Shown piece by piece: positions 38,894-48,314 of a stretch of 64,000 nt of DNA. Positions within the stretch are counted from its first letter, which is position 1, and each line of letters starts with the position of its first letter. The notes beneath the pieces are model-generated. The model was not told where the DNA came from. It worked only from the letters and a program-made list of their open reading frames with translations, and did not search any database. A program made the position numbers and the translations under genes. Source of the DNA: Blastocatellia bacterium (GTDB lineage: Bacteria > Acidobacteriota > Blastocatellia > UBA7656); the NCBI GenBank assembly GCA_963765495.1, contig CAVXWP010000009.1, forward strand, positions 846,650 to 910,649. The letters run 5' to 3'.

Positions 38894-39592
38894 TTATCGC
38901 TTTCCGTCCGGTTTTTTTGTCCCTTTTTTTCGAGCGCCCTTCTTTTGCACGCTCTGTCTTAACCCGATTGCGGAAGCCTCAACCCCATGTAAAAAGAGGT
39001 CTACCGTATGGTCTGAGAACTTTTTGATAAACTCTTCATCATAGCGTTTCTTACCAAGCACGGCGGAAATCACAGGCTGGCCGATCTGAAAAAAGACTAT
39101 CATGCCGATGAGGCTAAACGGCGAAAGGTCTATATTGACAGACCGCAATTCTCCGCTTTTCACTCCATCGCTAATAATCTCGCGCAGGATCGCATAGTTT
39201 TTGCCTAACTGTTTTTGCAATACCTCTTTCAAATGCTTGCCGTCGGAGAGCATCTCGCGGTGAATGATCCGCGCCAGGTTCGGGTGGGTGAAGACATATG
39301 TAGAGTAGGCGTAGGTGAATCCCCTCAATCGTTTCCTTGCATCCTGCTTTTCATCAATCGCCTGTTTTACGAGGGCGCGAGCCTCGACAGCAGCCGTCTC
39401 AAGTATGGATTTATAGAGCTTTTCTTTGCTCCCGAAGTAATAATGTATCATCGCTCCGTTTACGCCCGCCTCGGTTGCAATTTCTCTGATCGAGGCACCC
39501 GTGTACCCGTGAGCCGCAAATAAAACCGCTGCCGCCTCCATTATTTTCGATCTGACTTTCGGATCGTCTGACTTAAGCCTGGCCATATCCAC
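38894..39592 (-). CDS. TetR family regulator
   Basis: FAAHGY..ASIREIA..AGVN...IHYYFGSKE. Confidence 0.92.
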   Translation of the reverse strand: MDMARLKSDDPKVRSKIMEAAAVLFAAHGYTGASIREIATEAGVNGAMIHYYFGSKEKLYKSILETAAVEARALVKQAIDEKQDARKRLRGFTYAYSTYVFTHPNLARIIHREMLSDGKHLKEVLQKQLGKNYAILREIISDGVKSGELRSVNIDLSPFSLIGMIVFFQIGQPVISAVLGKKRYDEEFIKKFSDHTVDLFLHGVEASAIGLRQSVQKKGARKKGTKKPDGKR

Positions 39593-39594
39593 CT

Positions 39595-39620
39595 ATTAAT
39601 TAAACGGTTGATTAATTAAT
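39595..39620. promoter_or_regulatory. Candidate TetR operator
   Basis: Imperfect palindrome TTAATTAAACGGTTGATTAA immediately upstream of the tetR start. Confidence 0.55.
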
Positions 39621-39693
39621 CCTAAAGAGAAGACCAGCCCGGGTCAAGCTGAGATTGAAGTAATGGCATTCGATAAAAAAGGGCGAGCGGGTT

Positions 39694-41349
39694 TCAATAT
39701 CGTTTCGCTCTTATCAACCGGCGCTTTATAATATCGGCGGCGACTCTCGTCTCCCGAATCCGCAGAAACCATGCAATCAGATAAAAGACTGCTGCGCCCG
39801 CTAAGACAGAGGTTAAGACGTTTAAGGCTCTCATAGTCAGGCTATCGTTCCCTATCCCGGCAAGCGCATGATTGACCGTCCAGCTTACGGCCCCCATAAC
39901 AGCGGATGCGATCAATATCCTGATTACGGCAAGCGCGGTACGCCCCCCTTCGATGCCGCCTATTCGGCGACGCATTATGAAATAAAGCAGGGCGAAGTTC
40001 AGAAGGGCCACGGCAGAGGTAGAAAGCGCGAGACCGCGTTCTTCAAATGCTCCGACCAGCACCCAGTTCAGGACGAAGTTTGCAGCTATCGAAAGCAGGC
40101 TGACGAGCATCGGAGTGCGCGCGTCTCCGAGGGCGTAAAATGCGGGCGCGAGTATCTTGATTGCCGAGTACCCGGCCAGCCCCACGGCATAACATCCGAG
40201 TGTTGCGGCGGTGCGGTCGGTATCGAACGGGGTGAAATCTCCGCGTTGATAGATCAGAGCCACGATGGGGCGACCGAGCACGGCAAGGCCGACCGCCGAT
40301 GGGATTGTCAGCAGAAATGCGAGGCGAATCGAGGTCGCCAGCGTGTGGCGCAAATCGTGAAGCTCTTCGAGCGCGGCGTTTCTTGAGATCGTCGGCAACG
40401 TAGCGGTCGCAATCGCCACGCCAAAGACTCCTATAGGAAACTGCATCAAACGGAACGCGTAGCTGAGCCATGCCACGGGTCCGTTGCCTGGGATATAAGA
40501 GGCAAAGTTGCTGTTGACGAATACGTTCACCTGAACGGCGGCTCCGCCTATTACAGCGGGCCCCATCAGGGAAAAGATCCGCCGCACGCCAGGCTCGCTG
40601 AAACTCAAAGCGGGGCGGTATCCGAACCCTTCTCGAAAGAGCGCGGGCAACTGTCCCGTCAGTTGCAAAAAACCGCCGATCAACACTCCATAGGCCATGC
40701 CTACGATCCCTTCCACAGGATTGCGGATAAGGGCTTCGACCGGATGAGAGAAAGACGGGTCGGTCAGCAAAAAGGCAAGAAAGACGCCGCCAAGTATCGA
40801 GCCTACATTGAAAAATGAAGCCGAAAGCGCAGGCGTCGCAAAACGGTCGCGAGCATTCAGCACGCCCATCGCCTGCGCCGCAAGCGATACGATGAGGATA
40901 AACGGCATCATTATTCGAGCGAGCCGAACCGTGAGCGCGAATTTTGCCGGGTCGTCTTGAAAACCCGGAGCGATGACGGCCACTACCTGATTGGCAAAGA
41001 TGATGCCGAGCACGACCAGTATGCCTAGCGTAAGCAGCAGCGCAGTGGCGACAAGGTTGGATAATCTGACGGCGTTCCGTTCGCCCTTCTTGATTAGATA
41101 CTCGGAAAAGACCGGAACAAACGCGGACGAGAGTGCTCCCTCGGCGAAGAGATCGCGGAGCATATTGGGAATGCGAAAGGCGATCACATAGGCATCGTAG
41201 GCGAAACTTTTCGAAGCGCCGAAAAAGTACGCAAAGATCATTTCGCGCACTAGGCCGAGCACTCGGCTCGTCATCACGGCAAGGCTTACGATTCCGGCTG
41301 AGCGCGCCATGCTGCCGGGGCGAGAGGCTTTCGGGCGGCTCTTTTTCAT
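39694..41349 (-). CDS. murJ: Lipid II flippase MurJ
   Basis: SRVLGLVRE, AFRIPNMLRDLFAEGALSSAFVP, RLMQFPIGVFG. Confidence 0.95.
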   Translation of the reverse strand: MKKSRPKASRPGSMARSAGIVSLAVMTSRVLGLVREMIFAYFFGASKSFAYDAYVIAFRIPNMLRDLFAEGALSSAFVPVFSEYLIKKGERNAVRLSNLVATALLLTLGILVVLGIIFANQVVAVIAPGFQDDPAKFALTVRLARIMMPFILIVSLAAQAMGVLNARDRFATPALSASFFNVGSILGGVFLAFLLTDPSFSHPVEALIRNPVEGIVGMAYGVLIGGFLQLTGQLPALFREGFGYRPALSFSEPGVRRIFSLMGPAVIGGAAVQVNVFVNSNFASYIPGNGPVAWLSYAFRLMQFPIGVFGVAIATATLPTISRNAALEELHDLRHTLATSIRLAFLLTIPSAVGLAVLGRPIVALIYQRGDFTPFDTDRTAATLGCYAVGLAGYSAIKILAPAFYALGDARTPMLVSLLSIAANFVLNWVLVGAFEERGLALSTSAVALLNFALLYFIMRRRIGGIEGGRTALAVIRILIASAVMGAVSWTVNHALAGIGNDSLTMRALNVLTSVLAGAAVFYLIAWFLRIRETRVAADIIKRRLIRAKRY

Positions 41350-41402
41350 CCCGCTGATTCTATCTGCACACGAAAGGCTTATCCAAACGGATTGGTTGAA
41401 AG
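41150..41402. repeat. 253-bp direct repeat, copy 1 (murJ 5' end plus upstream region)
   Basis: Matches 46261-46513 with two substitutions seen. Confidence 0.95.
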
Positions 41403-41489
41403 TGCAGTTGCAAAGGTTTTATTTGAGTGGTTGGTATTAAGAGTCCCGTAGATCGAAGGCGATATTTTTTATTCGCAAGCCTTTGTAGG

Positions 41490-42326
41490 CTATCCCCTCT
41501 CGGCTCGAAACAGACCCGCCTCGCGCTGGTTCAATCCGATTTTTTCGCCTGGATTCCAAATCTTGAAAGACATCCATACTCCAAAGCAAAACAATGCTAT
41601 AGATCCGTATTGAGCTGCCGTCAGTCCCCAATAACGCAAATCGGCACCCGGAACATTTGCGATTCTGAGAAAGTCTAAGCCAAAGCGAGCCGGGGCATAG
41701 ATAATCGAGACGACTGCCAGATAAGCGCCCTGCCGCGCTTTCCATTTATGAAGGATAAGGATTGCCGGGAAGAGCACAAAAAGAGTCAACAGGAACTCAT
41801 AAAAACCGGGATTGTGACGTGAGCCTCCGGGATAGTTGAAGGCAAGGAAAAAAGTCGATTCCCGGCCGATATGATCGTGGGCGATTGTGCATCCCAACCG
41901 CCCGAAGATCCATCCTACAACCAGTCCCTGCAATATTATGTCGGCCTGCAATAACCAGGGCTTCTTAAGACGCCCGAAGTATACGCTCAGACCGATCAGG
42001 GCACCGAGGAAACCACCAAAAGAGCTCATACCCTTCCAGAACCTGGCAAGAACAATAGCTCCTTCCTGACTGAGTAATTCAGGATGATAAAATAGGATCT
42101 CGACTATATGCGACCCGATGAAACCGGCCACCGTGGCCCAAACCACGGCATTCCTCATCTCTTTTCGCTCGATACCGGCTTCTTCGGCTCGACGGTAAAT
42201 CAGGTGGCCTCCGACAAGCACTCCGACGGCAACGAGTATGCTGAAGGGGTGGATTGAGAGTGTACCGATCAGGTGTATCTCTGGGATTCGATAGTATGGG
42301 ATCATCATCCTTTGCCGATCAATCAC
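41490..42326 (-). CDS. lgt: Prolipoprotein diacylglyceryl transferase family protein (Lgt paralog)
   Basis: GMSSFGG, FGRLGC, H...FYE, RFGLDFLR, GLT.AQ. Confidence 0.85.
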   Translation of the reverse strand: MIDRQRMMIPYYRIPEIHLIGTLSIHPFSILVAVGVLVGGHLIYRRAEEAGIERKEMRNAVVWATVAGFIGSHIVEILFYHPELLSQEGAIVLARFWKGMSSFGGFLGALIGLSVYFGRLKKPWLLQADIILQGLVVGWIFGRLGCTIAHDHIGRESTFFLAFNYPGGSRHNPGFYEFLLTLFVLFPAILILHKWKARQGAYLAVVSIIYAPARFGLDFLRIANVPGADLRYWGLTAAQYGSIALFCFGVWMSFKIWNPGEKIGLNQREAGLFRAERG

Positions 42327-42823
42327 TCTTTCTTTAGGTTCTTATATGAGCGACGCCACTCGCCCTTAGCAATCCCGCGCTCCCATTCCACCAACTGGGC
42401 ACGCATACTGTTTCTTTTATCTCGCGGGTCGGGATAAAAAGGCTTATCGCTCCAGGCCACCTCTACCCTCATCGTGGTTGCCTCATGAATGGGAAGCGTC
42501 TCGATTTTAGGTTCATACTCTCTTTCGCTCGCGGCCATTCTTGTCAGGAATCGGGGCAGAGATAATGAAATCACGGTTTGTCCCTTGGGGTCTACGGATG
42601 TAAAACGTGGTCGATTGAAGTTTGACACATGCGGCTTTTCAGCCAGCCCTCTATCGGTCAAAAGCACGGTCAGCGCCTTTGTGGCGCTATCGTATTTCAA
42701 GCCTCGCACACTGGCATACGCATGCAAGGTTCTGTCAGAGGTATTACGAATTTCGACTTTGACTATAAGATTTTGGCCATCGTCGTGAAATTCAATGTTG
42801 CCGACTTCGATTTCACCTTTCAT
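42323..42823 (-). CDS. Hypothetical beta-rich protein
   Basis: Overlaps both neighbours (translational coupling). Confidence 0.75.
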   Translation of the reverse strand: MKGEIEVGNIEFHDDGQNLIVKVEIRNTSDRTLHAYASVRGLKYDSATKALTVLLTDRGLAEKPHVSNFNRPRFTSVDPKGQTVISLSLPRFLTRMAASEREYEPKIETLPIHEATTMRVEVAWSDKPFYPDPRDKRNSMRAQLVEWERGIAKGEWRRSYKNLKKE

Positions 42824-44267
42824 AATTAAATCCCTTCGGGAAGAACCCGGCATCAATAAGTAAAGCGATTACTCTCTCGTCCAAAAGCAGATGCTCCGCG
42901 AGACGACGACCGAATTGAAAACGCGCATCATCGCTGCAAAGCAAGGCTTTCTTTAAGAAGTCAAGCTCTTGAGCGATAGCATATTTTGATAGCGTCTTCC
43001 AAATATCGGTCAGAGGCATTCGAGCGCCCCATTGATCGAACCTGGCGGCCAGTCGCTTGCCGATTTCAGCGCTGTCATACGCGTCGTTTCGCCATATCAT
43101 AGCAGCGACATAGATTTCTATTGTGTCCCTGAGTGCCCATGTAATATAGGGGCTTGTGCTGGCACGCTCATTCAATATCCGCCACAATTCGTCTAGCGAA
43201 GGATCAACAAGCATCGATTCATCTCGCATACGGCTCAACAGGATCTCAAGCTTTCTCAGTTCATCCGAGTTAAGCAGCAGAAGTTCCGGAGAAGTTTGCA
43301 ACCCCGCTTCAAATCTCATTCCAAGCTCTTTTGGGCTGCATCCATTCATAGTGTAGTCTTGAATGAGATTGAGGCACAGCGTCAGCGGTTTGACAAAAAA
43401 CAATTCGACGAGTCGCGTAAGGTCGCCTGAACGCCCCATCAATTGGCAGACCTCCGGGCTGAAGCCGTAATAATCGTAATGAAGATGTTCAAAGAAATCA
43501 AAACCCACATCCGAGCGACGGAGAAATCTATCGCGCACCTGGCGGAGTGAATTGACTTCCGAGGAGTAAACCGAACCGGATGCGATGCTGGCCACGATAC
43601 AGCAATTTGTCGGGCATCCGGGGTCGCCGCAATGATCGGTCACATCTCGGAGAGGAATGCCTAACTGAGTGCGCATATCGTTTTCGTCAACCTCGGCAGC
43701 CATCTCTTCCGGGGATGCCCCGCATGCCGAGGGCGGGGTCAGAGAGAGACTACTGTTAGTCGCCTGACGAAACGAATGCGAAAGCTCGTGATAGAGAATT
43801 GCGGGGCTGGGATTGGGGGCATCATAATTGCCGCTCGCTTGACCTTTAACACAGTTGGTTCCCCCGCCTGATTCATAAAGCACGACGATTGAGGTTGTCG
43901 GATTGAGCACGGTGCCACCAAAGGAAAACCCCGGAGGCAGTGAGGTGCCGCCTATGGTTGACAGTAATTCCCCATCATTCAGGGCAAACGAGCCGTTACT
44001 TGCCACGATGATGATATCCACATTTTGCGGATTCAAGCCGAAATTTGTATTCACCAGATTACTGAGCCTCGTCGGACAAGGCCCGGTTGCAGTATTCAAG
44101 GTGTAGGTAACCTGGATCAGGTCCGAGGGCGCGGGCTGCGGGTTCTCTCCGTAATTAGCATCGGTGTTAGCGACATTGCCGATGTCCATAAGGTTCATAC
44201 TTGCGTTTCCGGGCTGTACCGTGCCCGTCCCGAGGGTTCCGTTATCGTTTTGTATGAAAAGCGTCAT
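42813..44267 (-). CDS. HExxH metallopeptidase (M91-like) fused to a CFI-box-like domain
   Basis: ILYHELSH...E..A...EN..R..LG.P.R; CCIVASIASGS....EV..LR..RD..L....G..F....YY..SP. Confidence 0.7.
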   Translation of the reverse strand: MTLFIQNDNGTLGTGTVQPGNASMNLMDIGNVANTDANYGENPQPAPSDLIQVTYTLNTATGPCPTRLSNLVNTNFGLNPQNVDIIIVASNGSFALNDGELLSTIGGTSLPPGFSFGGTVLNPTTSIVVLYESGGGTNCVKGQASGNYDAPNPSPAILYHELSHSFRQATNSSLSLTPPSACGASPEEMAAEVDENDMRTQLGIPLRDVTDHCGDPGCPTNCCIVASIASGSVYSSEVNSLRQVRDRFLRRSDVGFDFFEHLHYDYYGFSPEVCQLMGRSGDLTRLVELFFVKPLTLCLNLIQDYTMNGCSPKELGMRFEAGLQTSPELLLLNSDELRKLEILLSRMRDESMLVDPSLDELWRILNERASTSPYITWALRDTIEIYVAAMIWRNDAYDSAEIGKRLAARFDQWGARMPLTDIWKTLSKYAIAQELDFLKKALLCSDDARFQFGRRLAEHLLLDERVIALLIDAGFFPKGFNYER

Positions 44268-44458
44268 GACATTTATTCCTTTTTCTGTGCGCTCCGGCAG
44301 GCAATCGCTGATCAGCAGTGTAGCCTATCGGCAACGCAGAGAGCATAGAGCCAGTATCGGGCTGATTTCCCGACCGACACTTGACCGGGAAATCAGTTCT
44401 GTTTCGCCGTTATCGCGCAAATAGCGCGACACTGATGTCTTTTGCCTAGACACCCCTA

Positions 44459-44935
44459 TCAGTTCAGGAAGGTCGCCGACAGAGTGCCGGACGAATCTCC
44501 TGTTATAGATAGAGTGTGAGTCGTGCCGGGTGTCAGCGCCTTGGTCAATGTCACCGTAGGCTGGCTTCCGCCTGATAACGCCTGGATTTCGATAGACCAG
44601 CCCGCATCTGCGAGATTGACTACATTTTCGGTCTTGGTGCCGGTTCCCTCAATATTTATTAAGAAGGATGTTTGCGCGCCGGGGTGAAAACACAGATGCT
44701 CACCTGTTCCTCGATTGCCGCGAATCTTCAACTGAATCGGCTGGCCGATGGGTCGTATCGTTGAAAGATTCGCGGTAATAGTGATCGCAGATGCCGCGTT
44801 TGTTCCATTTGGGCAGTCTGGTGAAACATCTGGATTCGACGAAGGGCATACGCAATTGAACGACACCATTCCAATAGACACCAAACAAACAAACATCAAT
44901 ACTGAACGAACGACAAAACGTCGGATTGATCTCAT
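44459..44935 (-). CDS. Putative lipoprotein or secreted Cys-containing protein
   Basis: RBS GGAGGAG; basic N-terminus, hydrophobic stretch, then VSFNCVC. Confidence 0.7.
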   Translation of the reverse strand: MRSIRRFVVRSVLMFVCLVSIGMVSFNCVCPSSNPDVSPDCPNGTNAASAITITANLSTIRPIGQPIQLKIRGNRGTGEHLCFHPGAQTSFLINIEGTGTKTENVVNLADAGWSIEIQALSGGSQPTVTLTKALTPGTTHTLSITGDSSGTLSATFLN

Positions 44936-44963
44936 TATTCTCCTCCTCCGCACAGATATAGGT

Positions 44964-45539
44964 CTATTTCGGCGGCTCCTGTGGTTTTCTCGGATCTAGA
45001 GGTTTGTACTCAGGTACTCTGGGATCGTAAGGCTTGTAATCGGGTTCGCGGCAAGGCTCGTAGCAATGCTCCGGCTCCGGCTCCTTCTCCGGGCAGCACT
45101 TGTCCAATCTGGCCTGAAGCTCCCTTCGTTTGAGCACTTCGACAGTCTCTGTTCCGTAAACAAGCTCGAATGTTTCTTTGATCTGTTGCAGAGAACCATC
45201 CATTGAGGTTTGTAATGCCACTTGCTTGTCGAGACGATGGAGCATACGACATAGCACATCGGCGATATTGGCCAGCCAGCAAATCATCGTATCATTTTGC
45301 TGACGATTGTAATCGAGCAGATTATTGGTTGCCTTCTGCTGGTCTATAATGGCGGCAAGACCATTAGAGAGGCTTACAAAGCCCGCCTGATTGTTTGCGA
45401 CTAGAACATTTAGAGTGTTCTTGATATCAGCCGTATCTCCTTTGACCTGACCAACTGTGGTGGCAGTATCCTGAGTATTGGTTTGAATCTGATTGAGCGT
45501 ATTGTTTACCTGATTGGCAATATCAGTAAGACTAGGCAT
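44964..45539 (-). CDS. Hypothetical coiled-coil protein with Cys/Pro-rich C-terminus
   Basis: RBS AGGAG; N/Q/T-rich heptads; CCPEKEPEPEHCYEPC tail. Confidence 0.8.
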   Translation of the reverse strand: MPSLTDIANQVNNTLNQIQTNTQDTATTVGQVKGDTADIKNTLNVLVANNQAGFVSLSNGLAAIIDQQKATNNLLDYNRQQNDTMICWLANIADVLCRMLHRLDKQVALQTSMDGSLQQIKETFELVYGTETVEVLKRRELQARLDKCCPEKEPEPEHCYEPCREPDYKPYDPRVPEYKPLDPRKPQEPPK

Positions 45540-46118
45540 GAGAGTTTTCTCCTATATGGAATTTTGCGACTGATTTATTTTGCTTGATCCCGGCCACAGC
45601 CTATGAGCCACACGGCATAATCTGACGGTTCCCAATGTCTGCACACACGTAAGGCGCGGCTTCGATCATCGGCAAATTTTCAGCCGGAGGAAATCTTGTT
45701 CTCTTGCCCTTAACAGAAGGGCATCTTTAACCAATCACCTCGTAGCAAGGTCAAGATGAGGGTTCACGTTCGTAGGGCAATTCCTATGTTATTCAGTGAT
45801 TGGACTACTCTATTGTATTAGAGGAGTACTGCGATTTACCGAAGGGGTTGTGTGCTCTTATCTTTGTACAACTCCTGAAGATGTAAACAGGTTGGCATCT
45901 CGACAAGAAGGGCAATCCGTCGTTATTGATCGCCCAAAGTTGGCGGATGCAAGAACCACACAGTTGATCGTAGGCTTATTCAATGCTTATGCGTTCAATG
46001 CTTATGCGCAAAAGCTTCGTCACGAACAGTGTCAATTTTCGGATCGGGAGTTTTACACTCTCGAAATCTCCCACATTGATAGTAGACGTAAAGATAAACA
46101 CAAATAATGCAAGGAGCC

Positions 46119-46460
46119 TTACGAATCAGGAAAACCAGGTTGGTTATTGTCGCGCGATTTGCAGAGCCCTCCGATCACCACTCCATAAGCCCTGCCGCAC
46201 TTGATCGAGCAGTTGGAAAAGACCGAAGCAAAAGCCGATGAAAGTGCCCCCTCGGCAAACAGATCGCGGAGCATATTGGGAATGCGAAAGGCGATCACAT
46301 AGGCGTCGTAGGCGAAACTTTTCGAAGCGCCGAAAAAGTACGCAAAGATCATTTCGCGCACTAGGCCGAGCACTCGGCTCGTCATCACGGCAAGGCTTAC
46401 GATTCCGGCTGAGCGCGCCACGCTGCCGGGGCGAGAGGCTTTCGGGCGGCTCTTTTTCAT
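46119..46460 (-). pseudogene. murJ: Truncated, internally deleted murJ copy
   Basis: First ~78 codons match murJ, then the sequence jumps to the AYGV.IGG segment (46159-46196 resembles 40663-40701). Confidence 0.9.
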
Positions 46461-46513
46461 CCCGCTGATTCTATCTGCACACGAAAGGCTTATCCAAACG
46501 GATTGGTTGAAAG
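46261..46513. repeat. 253-bp direct repeat, copy 2
   Basis: Matches 41150-41402. Confidence 0.95.
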
Positions 46514-46529
46514 AGGGGTCACAAGATGC

Positions 46530-46720
46530 AGAATTTCAGAATTATCAGCCAGAGGCTCAAACTTGCTATAATCAAACCGACATTGGATACTTGTTCGCAT
46601 GTTTTGCCTTCTATCGCAAAAGGCGTCCACAGAGAATTTTTGAGAAAATACTTTTCGCATCCGGCTCTTCTGGATGAAACGGGCAAGTAGTAATATGAGA
46701 GATGTCTATGAGTAAAACTA
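46530..46720 (+). pseudogene. 3' remnant of a tyrosine integrase related to 58681-59838, plus its downstream sequence
   Basis: TTGGATACTTGTTCGCATGTTTTGCCTTCTAT and CTTTTCGCATCCGGCTC align with 59746-59830. Confidence 0.85.
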
Positions 46721-46935
46721 AGAATTAGCTTAGATTTGGGCACGATGGACGCTCTCAGGCATCAAGCCAATTTCCGTTCTAGAGAGCCGCTAAGAAGAAA
46801 CTAATGCTATGAGATATGGTAATGCTAAAAACGCTCTTAGAATCAATCCTCGCGCGACCTGGGCCATAACAAAGGCGGCGAGAGGCTCCGTTTCTGAGCT
46901 AAACAGAAGAAAAGAAGAGAGTTATTGGTTATACT
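46711..46935. repeat. Diverged ~225-bp non-coding direct repeat, copy A
   Basis: Shared blocks with 48687-48914. Confidence 0.85.
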
Positions 46936-47089
46936 TTCGATCTAATTGCCCTAGATTCTCACTTCAAGACGACAACCTTTTTGACTCGTGGCGACAAAAC
47001 TAGAGCAATGCGTTCACTCTATTATGCGTGGCGTGCCGGTGGCGAAGGGATAACGAGAAGGTGGAAGGCACGTCCGCTGAGATGAGAAG

Positions 47090-47953
47090 TCAGCCTGCCT
47101 GATGTATTGCTAAGAATGATAGAACCGCTTCATTGTAAGCGCGCGGATTGTCTTCATGCATTATGTGTGACGCCGCAGGTATTTTAATTCTCTCGGTATG
47201 CGGCAGCAATTCCTCAAGCCGACCTATCAGCCGATGGAACAGGCTTGGGCTGCGCTCTCCAGTAATCAACAATATGGGCGTCTGTATTTTACGAATATCC
47301 TCATCATCCAGAGGCGCGAATCCCGATCCAAGAAACTCTGCTTTAATGGAGTTGTTGCGTACTTGCTCCAGACGCAACTCGGATAAGCGACTATAGAAGT
47401 CGTCTCCAAGCACCGCCCTGCCAAAAATGCGCATAGCTGCCTGCATGTCATCTCGCCGAGCCGCCTCAGTCGCTGGACTTATTCCTGTCGCGCCAAACCT
47501 CATGATAGAAATTGCGGTGCGTGGCCTGGTAAACAATAACCTCAGAATTTCAAACGGCTTCGGCCTGTTGCTCACAAACAGGGTGATCACGGGCGGTTCA
47601 GCCAGTACAATTGTGCGCACGAGTCGTGGCTCCCGAATGGCAAGGAGCAGACCGATGAAAGCGCCGTAAGAATGTCCAACGAGATGCGCCGGTGCAACAT
47701 CGAGCGTGCGCAAAAGTGCCCGAAGATCTTCAACATGGTCCTGCATTGGATAGTCAGCATTCTCATGAATCGGTTCGTTGGGCCAGTGATAGCGCCGACT
47801 GTAGGCGATTGCCCTGTAATGTGCGCTGAAATCTTTCAGTTGTGATTCCCAGGTCCGATAGTCACTGGCTGAACCGTGGACGAAGACCACTGGCTGGCCA
47901 ATGCCTTGCTCAACATACTCGAATGTCGTGTTGTTGATGTTGATCTTCGCCAT
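47090..47953 (-). CDS. Alpha/beta hydrolase
   Basis: VFVHG, GHSYG nucleophile elbow, C-terminal His. Confidence 0.9.
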   Translation of the reverse strand: MAKININNTTFEYVEQGIGQPVVFVHGSASDYRTWESQLKDFSAHYRAIAYSRRYHWPNEPIHENADYPMQDHVEDLRALLRTLDVAPAHLVGHSYGAFIGLLLAIREPRLVRTIVLAEPPVITLFVSNRPKPFEILRLLFTRPRTAISIMRFGATGISPATEAARRDDMQAAMRIFGRAVLGDDFYSRLSELRLEQVRNNSIKAEFLGSGFAPLDDEDIRKIQTPILLITGERSPSLFHRLIGRLEELLPHTERIKIPAASHIMHEDNPRAYNEAVLSFLAIHQAG

Positions 47954-48086
47954 CGGGATTTCGTGTTCGTTTGAGGACTAACGCCCAAAGTTTACCGGGG
48001 CGAGGGACGATGCAGGCAAAACCATGCCAAACTCGTTGCCCCCGCTCCGGTCAGGTCAGACCAATTGAAAAGCGGGGTCAGTGCGA

Positions 48087-48314
48087 TTAACGCGCCGCTT
48101 CTTTAGTATTCAACTTCTTCACATCTTGCGTGGTCACAGTGTGACCGCCGATGCCCCAATCGCCGCTCTTGATTTCTTCTACAAGCACAACGGTTTTATC
48201 TCTGAGGCCCTCCCCTTCGACTGATACGATTGCATCTGTGACCTTCTGGATTATCTCCTGTTTCTTGTTTTCGGAGAAAACCCCCTCGATAACTTTAACT
48301 TGTGCAAATGGCAT
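48087..48314 (-). CDS. 4-oxalocrotonate tautomerase family protein
   Basis: N-terminal MP, WGIGG; RBS AAGGAGGT. Confidence 0.88.
   Translation of the reverse strand: MPFAQVKVIEGVFSENKKQEIIQKVTDAIVSVEGEGLRDKTVVLVEEIKSGDWGIGGHTVTTQDVKKLNTKEAAR

Noticed and set aside
41390-41402. GATTGGT at the end of the murJ repeat matching the sequence at the tRNA CCA end (58452-58458)
   Set aside because: A 7-bp match is too short to call an att remnant
45796-46107. 103-aa ORF with a 15-bp tandem duplication (TTCAATGCTTATGCG x2)
   Set aside because: No recognisable protein features; probably decayed island DNA
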